A DNA stretch of 64,000 bases, from contig JAPMXV010000055.1 in assembly GCA_026936335.1 (NCBI GenBank), positions 310,001 to 374,000 of the forward strand, in the 5' to 3' direction. The translations under genes were made by a program, and so were the position numbers. This stretch comes from Mantamonas sphyraenae STR306 (taxonomy: Eukaryota; Protista; CRuMs). Shown here in pieces: positions 57,228 to 64,000 of this stretch (positions are counted from its first letter, which is position 1; each line of letters starts with the position of its first letter). Below the pieces are notes generated by a model, which saw only the letters and a program-made list of their open reading frames with translations, did not search any database and was not told where the DNA came from.

Positions 57228-60200
57228 TCAGAAACCAAATGCATTCGTGATGAGGCTCTGTTTCACGGCACGTTTGAACTCTTCATAGTCGAGCTGGCCG
57301 TCTCCGTTTGCGTCGACGCGTTCGAAGCATTCGTCGACCTGGGCATCGATGAGGTCCTCGTCCTCCTCTGGGTCAACTCCCTGGTTGCGCATGGAGGCCA
57401 CAAAGACCTCTTTGACCTCCTCTTTGCTGATATATCCGGAGCGGTCCTTGTCGTAGGCGCGGAAGGCGAGCATGAGGCGGTCGTCGAAACTGCCGTGCTC
57501 GAGAGCCCCGAGACCGACGACGACCTCGCGCAGGTCGATGGAACCGTTGCCGTCTGTGTCAAAGGCAGTAAAGGCCTGTTCGATGTTCTGCTCGTCGTCG
57601 ATTCCGAGTTGGCGCATGCCGATGGCAAACTCTTCGGCGTCGAGTTGGCCGTGGTGGGCTCGTTTGGACCAGAATTCGAGGAGCTCATCGAGCTCGTCCT
57701 GGGAGAAGCGAGTCTGCTTGCCGAGGCTGGCCTTGAGGCGGTCCTTCTTTGGAGCGCGACGACGGCGAGAGCGGCGCGAGTCGCTATCCATGGTGCTGTT
57801 TGCACTGGCGCTGCCGTCGTCGATGCGACAGAGAACCTTGAGGACTGGCTGTTGATAGGCATCCTGACGACGCCTGCGGTCGCGGCGATTACGTGAGCGG
57901 AAGCCGCTGCCGTCGCGGCTGTGGTCATTGGCCTGGCGGCGGGCCTCCATTTCCGAGTGGACAAAGGCAGCCTCGAGGGAGGCGTTTGAACGGATGGTGC
58001 AGAGCTCTTCGCGGTCGCGGTAGAAGAGGGTGAGGCGTTCGCCGTACTCGGACTCGAGGTGGGCGCGGAACTCTTTGTAGCTGAGAGAGCGGGGCACGTA
58101 GAAGAAGCGGTGGTCACTGGTGCCGTTTGCCTTGAAGTAGGTCTTTACGGGCACCTTTGTGTCGTGGCGGTACTGGGAGTGGTCAAAGTCGGAGCCGGCG
58201 GTGGTCTGTGTGTCCATGATGTTGCGGTTGACACGCTGGAGATCCATGCCACTGGATGAGACCGAGTCGGAGTCGTCCGTGTCGTCGTCGAGGTTGTCAA
58301 AGTGGACTTTGAGGAGGGTGTGTATACGCTGTGCCTCGTAGGACTTTGGGTCGAGGCCGGCCTCAACCATGCGGAGGAGTTCTTTGCACTTGTTGGCAAA
58401 TTCGGGGGCATAGATGCGGACGGAGGGATCGTGGACGTAGGAGAAGGCCATGTGGAGCATGAGAAGCCTGTCGACACACTCCATGTCAAAGAGGGCGCTG
58501 TGTTCGTTGACGACGATGGTCTTGCCGCGCTCCTTGATCTCGCGCTCGCCGGCGGAGAGCACATTGTAGAGGACCTCAAGGGCGTCGCGGACCATATTGA
58601 GATGGTATGTGGGCTTGAGTTTGTGGTCGAGGGTTTGCCAGTTTTCGAGTTCGATGCACTGCATGGAAACAAAGTCCTGGTTGGCAAAGGCGTCGAGGAG
58701 GGCGCCGTCGCTGGCGTATCGTGTCATGTTGCGTGTGATTTCGAGAGCGACTTGGGTGACGTCTGCGCTGGCGTCTTCCATGAGGGGCAGGAGGACGGGG
58801 AGTAGGTCGAGCTGAAAAAGGGCATCGACGTATTCGCCTTCTGCGCGTGCGACGGCACCGACGATGTGGAGAAGGTGGATGAGGGTGGGCTCGTGGTGTT
58901 CGTTGGGCAGACGTTCGATTATGGCCTGGAGGCCGCCATCGTCGAGGATGGCGACGTTGCCCGAGGAAAAGGTGTCTGCGATCGCGCTGAGGGCGGCGAG
59001 GCGAACCTTGTCGGAGGAGTGTGTGGAGAGGTCGAGGAGGCGGTTGCAGAGGTCCTGAGAGATCTGGTCGCGATAGATGACAAGGAGGTTGATCATGTGG
59101 ATGACGAGTTTGTCGTCGTCGACATCGAGGTAGTGGCTGAGCTCGTCGATGATCTGGGAGCCGTGGTCGCGGAGGTCGGGGCTGACGCAGAGGAGGGCGA
59201 GGAGGTTGGCGATGTTGCGTGCGAGTTCGATGTTTTCGATGTCTGTGAGGGCAAAGAGGGGGTCCATGATGTGTTTGGAGAGGACATAGTCGCGTGCGGC
59301 GCCACAGTGTTGGCAAAGGCAGACGAGGACTTTGACGGCGTGAGCCTTGATGAGATCCTGGTTGGAAGAGTCGAGGAGATCAATGAGGATCTCGACGGCC
59401 CCGTTGTCGACAAGCTGCTTCTGGGAAAGCATGTTTGCGGGGTGCCACTCGGAATCTTCGGGGATGCCCGGAATGCGGAGGCCCGGGGCGATGTAGGTAA
59501 GGGTGTCGAGGGCTTCCCATTGGAGGGAAGGCCTGTCGTTGAGGGTGGCAAAGTAGAGGAAGCGCGGGACAACCTCTGTTTCGACGACTGCGTTGAAGAT
59601 GGAGACGAGGAGGTCTGAGATCTGCAACTTCTCGTACGGGGTACGGAAGACGTCACAGATGGAGAGGAGCTGGCGCCAGCGGCTCATGCCGGCGAGCTGG
59701 TGCATGTCGTCGTCGGCAAAGACCTTGTCGATGCTCGACTGAAGGTTGTTGAGGATGGAGCGTGTCTGTGCGACGGCGGCGTGCTGCGGGAGGGGAAAAG
59801 AGGTTTGGCGGGAGAGGGTGGAATGTGAGGAGAGGGTGAAGGTGGCAGGTGGGCACGGGAGGGACGTGTGTGGACGATGGACTGACCTTGTCCTCGTCGG
59901 AGACGATGTCTTCGTCGTCCTGTTCGTCAAAGCCGCCGCTCTCTTCGATCTGTGCACGCATCTTTTCCTCGAGCTCACGGCGGCTTTCCTGGAGGACCTG
60001 CATGAGCTGGGCCTGCTGGGACGGAAGAAGCCACTTGGAGAGCATCTGCTTCTGGATGGCTTCGGTCTCCTCTACGGTTTCGAGGAGTTGTTCAGCGGCA
60101 GACTCGCTGAGGGCGATCTTGCGCTTCTTTCCGCGAGGAGAAGTGGGCAAGGCGGATTCTTCGTCCAGGACGTCCTCCTCTGCGTCTTCGTCGATACCCG

Positions 60201-60231
60201 GGGAGCGGGTGGATTGGGAGTCTTGATCCAT
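57228..60231 (-). CDS. Importin-alpha-like ARM-repeat protein fused to a PB1-like domain and a C-terminal NCS/calcineurin-B-like EF-hand domain; exons 60231-59887, 59783-57228
   Basis: VVETEVVPRF...LQWEALDTLTYIA and V.NGAV.ILI.LL.S resemble importin-alpha ARMs. VKTYF...RFF.V...SY.EF...L.L.Y.D....TI.S is PB1-like. EF loops DTDGNGSID, DKDRSGYIS, DANGDGQLD. Intron 59784-59886 (GTCAGT..GCAG) is in frame. Confidence 0.82.
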
Positions 60232-60473
60232 TGGGACGGGCGGGGAAAGAGGAAGGGTTGCTTGCGGTGGACGGGGAGGGGCATGCGTTCTGAGGGGACA
60301 TGTGGAAGACGGGTGCAAGAGATGACGATCAAAATGGGGGGGGAGGGGGTGGGTGATTGGACAGTGAGATGTGTGTTGGGGGAGGATGAAGAGTCACGAA
60401 AAGAACGCGAGATTTGTTGCTGTGCGCCGGAGCGAGTTTCTGCGGTGTGCGTAGGCACGGGATGGGAGCAGAA

Positions 60474-61149
60474 TCAGAAGCGGAGCTTAGCAAAGAACCA
60501 ACGGTTCTTGCCCGAGAGGTAGCGCTCGGTCAGCATCTTCTTGAGCTGCTTCTTGGCGGCAACCCTGGCGCCCGGCTCCTTGAAGGTGTCCTGGCTGACC
60601 ACCATCTTCAGGTCCAGATCCAGGCTGTAGCGGGTGGGCCTGTGCAAGGTGAGGGGAGGGAGGAGAAGGTGAGCATGTGGGCTGGGGTTGAGAGGGGAAA
60701 GGGTGGACGGGAGGAGAGGAGTCACGAGCAGGGACGGGAGGGAAAGGCTGCGAAAGAAAAGAGGGGTGTGGTTTTTTGCATGCGCACGGGAGCGATGCAA
60801 AGACGGACACAGAGGCTTGGAAAGGGGGAGATGTGGGAGGAAGGAGGTACGGATGTGTGCGGGAGGAGGAAGGCAAAGGGAAGGAGGCGGAGGAGAGTGT
60901 GTGAACGTACATGATGTGGTTGTAGTTGACGACCTTGATGAACGGGGTGACCTTGGAGCGCTTGAGGACCTTCTTCTCGCTCATGCTCTTGGTGACCTTG
61001 AGCGGAGCCTTGTCGACACCGACGATGACGGCATGGCCGTACTTGCGAGAGTGGGTGATGTCAAAGTTCTTGACGATCACGGCCTTCTTGCCAGCATAGC
61101 GGCCGTTGGTCACAATCACAACTTTTCCGGGCTTGAGGAAACGGGGCAT
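60474..61149 (-). CDS. RPL27: 60S ribosomal protein L27 (eL27); exons 61149-60911, 60639-60474
   Basis: FLKPGKVVIV..GRYAGKKAVIVK, PFIKVVNYNHIM|PTRYSLD, GKNRWFF.KLRF. Phase-2 intron 60640-60910 (GTACGT..ACAG). Confidence 0.97.
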
Positions 61150-61844
61150 ATTCTACAGGAGCAAGGGGGTGATGGGCAGGTGTGAGTGGCGAAAGCACAG
61201 GGCAAAGTGTGTGCGCAGGGATTGGAGTGTGGCTGGAGCCGGTGGGTGTGCATGTGCGAGGAGGCGGGCGGGCAAAGAGCAGAACATGCGTGCACGCAGC
61301 CCAGAGCCAGGAGGAAACGCAGCTGGCAGACGTGTAGCGCATGTACGGAGCTGTTTGAACGTGGGGATGCGTGTGCATGGCAGGTATGCACACCCTGGAT
61401 GGGTGGATGACATTGGATGGGCAGCAGGTGGAGAGATGCGGGTGCAGGAAGGGAGTTGGGAATGCGCAAAGAGGCAAAATGATTGGGGCGCAAACGCTTG
61501 CGTGCCTGGACAAAGGGAAAGTGGGGTGAGGTGTGCAGAGAGGTGCTGTGGAGAGAGTGTGTGTGGTGTTGTGGACGGTTTGGTAGGGAGCAGCAGTGTG
61601 TTGCTGGGTGGGAAACATACAATGGGTTTTTTGGTTTTTGGCTGGCAGACGTGGCGCGAGTGGGACGCAGGGTTTTTCGGATGACGTCGCGTTTGAATTG
61701 GGTGGAAGGGGGATTTCCCGAGGATGACACGAGAAGAGAGGTTGGAAGGGAGGGCTGGAGGAGGATGTTGAAAGGCATGTGCAGGTGGAGGGCAGGAGAA
61801 GCGGGGAAGCCACGCGGGGGGAACCACGAAAAGAACTGGTGTTG

Positions 61845-61864
61845 GAGAGAGAGAGAGAGAGAGA
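61845..61864. repeat. (GA)10 dinucleotide tract abutting the PYROXD2 start codon
   Basis: gagagagagagagagagag followed directly by atg. Confidence 0.85.
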
Positions 61865-64000
61865 TGTTTGCACGGGTGACACAAACTCTGCGTGCAAAAG
61901 CACCAGTGCAGGCAGCAGGCGCTGTGGGCGGCTTGTCGACGACAGGCAGCGGTGTGACGACGTCGTCGACTACGACCAAGGTGACGGCCAAGGCAACGAC
62001 GGGAGAGAAGAAGGCGACGACGAAGCAGTCGGGCGAAGCCAAGGCAACAAGGAAGCCGAGGGCACGCAAGGCAGGGACGACGGCCAAGGCAGGGACAGCC
62101 AAGGCGACGGGCAGAGGGCGGCCACGAAAATCCGCGCCAAAAAGCGCCAAGGCAAGCGAAAAGGCGCGGAGCATCACAGACCTGCTGGCAGACGTGGAGA
62201 AGAAGGATGGCAGCGAAAGCACAGGCGGGAAGCGAAACGAAACGATAGAGGTGGGAGATGCAACGGGGACGGGCGGCAAGGGCGGGAGCGGAAAGGCGGC
62301 AGGCGGTGGGACAGTGTTCTTGGAACCGGAGATCATCCACAAGGCAGGGAAGGAAGCATCGGAGTCGCTGCTTGTGGTGAAGCAGACGCAAGACCCGTGG
62401 GATGCTGTGATTGTGGGGGGCGGACATAACGGATTGATCACGGCGGCATACCTGGCGAAGAGCGGCCAGCGTGTGTTGGTGCTGGAGCGGCGGCATGTGG
62501 TGGGAGGGGCAGCCATCACGGAGGAGCTGTACCCGGGGTTCAAGTTTTCGCGTGCATCGTACGTGAACGGTCTGATGCGGCCGCACATTGTTCAGGACCT
62601 GAACTTGAAGGCGCACGGGCTGCACTTTTACCCACGCAATCCGTCGTCGTTCACACCGACGCAGGACGGGCGCTACCTGATGCTGAGCAACGACATGGAC
62701 TTTAATCGGCAGGAAATCAGCAAGTTCAGCAAGCTGGATGCGGCGGCGTACCCCAAGTTTGAGGCGTTTCTGAACCGCTGTTCCGTGTTCTTTGAAAAGT
62801 TCCTGGATGAAGAGCCGCCGGATTCGCTTATCCTGAACGGGCAGATCGAAAAAAGCAACCAACTGATGGACTACCTGTCGCAGTCGGTGGCATTCGCCAA
62901 ACTGGCCGGCCGTGCGCTGAGTCTGGGAGGAGATCTGGCAGGGTTTATCGAGCTGATGACGGCACCTGCGGCGCAAATTGTAGGTGGTGAGGGGTGTTGG
63001 GAGACGTATGGGAGAGAGGGGTTGCTGACACGTGGGCGGGTGTGGGTTGGCAACGGTACAGCTGAACCGGTACTTTGAGAGCGAGCCGCTGATCTCGACG
63101 CTGGCAACCGACAGCATCATTGGAGCGATGGCGGCGCCGTCGACGCCTGGGTCCGGGTATGTGCTGTTCCACCACGTGATGGGAGTGACGGATGGAGAGC
63201 GCGGGGTGTGGTCGTACGTACGCGGAGGAATGGGTGCAGTGAGCCAGGCGATTGCAGATGCGGCGGCTGTGAACGGAGCGACGATCCAGACAAACGCAGC
63301 GGTGCAAGAAATCGAAGTGGATGAGAACGGCCACGCGGTCGGGGTGCGTCTGGAAGACAACACGCTGATCCGTGCGAAAAAGGTGATTTCGAACGCAACG
63401 CCCGAGGTGACGTTTGGGAAGCTTGTGCCAGAGCGGGCGATGCCAGGTGCGTTTACGCGGCGGGTGGAGACACTGGACTACAGTTCAGGGGTTATGAAGA
63501 TCAACTGCGCGCTGGACCGGCTGCCGGAGTTCAAGGCGATTGCAAACCCAGGTGACGGGAGTGCGGGGCCGCAGCACAGGGGCACGATCCACATCGGGGA
63601 CGACAGCAAGCTGATTGAGCGTGGGTACCAAGATGCGCTGGCAGGGCGTGCGTCGGAGGTGCCGATCATTGAGATGACGTTGCCGTCGTCTCTGGATCCG
63701 ACGATCTCGCCTGAAGGCAAGCACGTGGCGCTTCTGTTTGTGCAGTATGCACCGTACGAGCTGGCGGACGGGGCGAGCTGGGATGATCCGGGCCGCAAGG
63801 AGGCGTACGCGAAGAAGGTGTTTGCGCGAGTGGACGAGTACGCGCCGGGCTTCTCGGACAGCGTGCTTGCGGCAGATGTGCTGTCGCCGGTGGACCTTGA
63901 GCGTACGTTTGGACTGACTGGGGGCAACATCTTCCATTCGTCGATGGGCCTGGACCAGCTGTTCTGGCTGCGGCCTGCAGCTGGATACACCAACTACCGC
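61864..64000 (+). CDS. PYROXD2: PYROXD2-like FAD-dependent oxidoreductase (phytoene dehydrogenase family), 3'-truncated; exons 61864-62979, 63062->64000
   Basis: DAVIVGGGHNGLITAAYLAKSG..V.VLERRHVVGGAAITEE..PGFKFSRASY; I|LNRYFESEPL..TLATD; GSGYVLFHHVMG; W.YV.GGMGAVS; DLER.FGLTGGNIFH..M.LDQL. Intron 62980-63061. Confidence 0.92.

Noticed and set aside
60774-60801. Short inverted repeat (tttgcat...atgcaaa) in the RPL27 intron as a snoRNA or regulatory hairpin
   Set aside because: Only a 7-bp stem, with no C/D or H/ACA boxes recognised.
61116-63363. Long minus-strand ORFs (490 and 736 aa) over PYROXD2
   Set aside because: Low-complexity antisense of a G-rich coding strand; no domain features.
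1-64000. rRNA, tRNA, CRISPR arrays, prokaryotic operons, alternative genetic code
   Set aside because: None seen. The window is spliceosomal-intron-containing eukaryotic DNA, and TAA, TAG and TGA all terminate conserved genes.

Overview
This is eukaryotic nuclear DNA from a very compact, GC-rich, intron-poor genome of a flagellated organism, most likely a protist (GT-AG introns of about 75-340 nt, standard genetic code). About 16 protein-coding genes tile the window almost without gaps. In order: MRNIP-like (+), COX11 (-), profilin-domain protein with a long N-terminal extension (-), outer-arm beta-type axonemal dynein heavy chain (+, one -1 frame break), small single-TM protein (+), two tandem giant IPT/TIG + Cys-rich + multi-TM surface receptors (-, one with three -1 frame breaks), MYND-finger protein (+), ankyrin/coiled-coil protein (-), class 3 lipase (-), PAAF1/Rpn14 (-), OST48/DDOST (+), DNAH1-type inner-arm dynein (+), importin-alpha-like ARM/PB1/EF-hand protein (-), RPL27 (-) and a PYROXD2-like oxidoreductase (+, truncated by the window end). 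The most unusual observations are: (1) up to three divergent gene pairs whose candidate start codons are the two strands of one CATG palindrome, plus overlapping or abutting CDSs; (2) patchwork near-identity between the two receptor paralogs; (3) an ARM-PB1-NCS domain fusion; (4) an AT-hook/H1-like tail on PYROXD2; (5) a kb-scale GC-skew gradient that ignores gene orientation; (6) five frame breaks that are all net 1-nt deletions, probably assembly errors. All exon structures and family assignments were made by eye from remembered family motifs; no searches were run.
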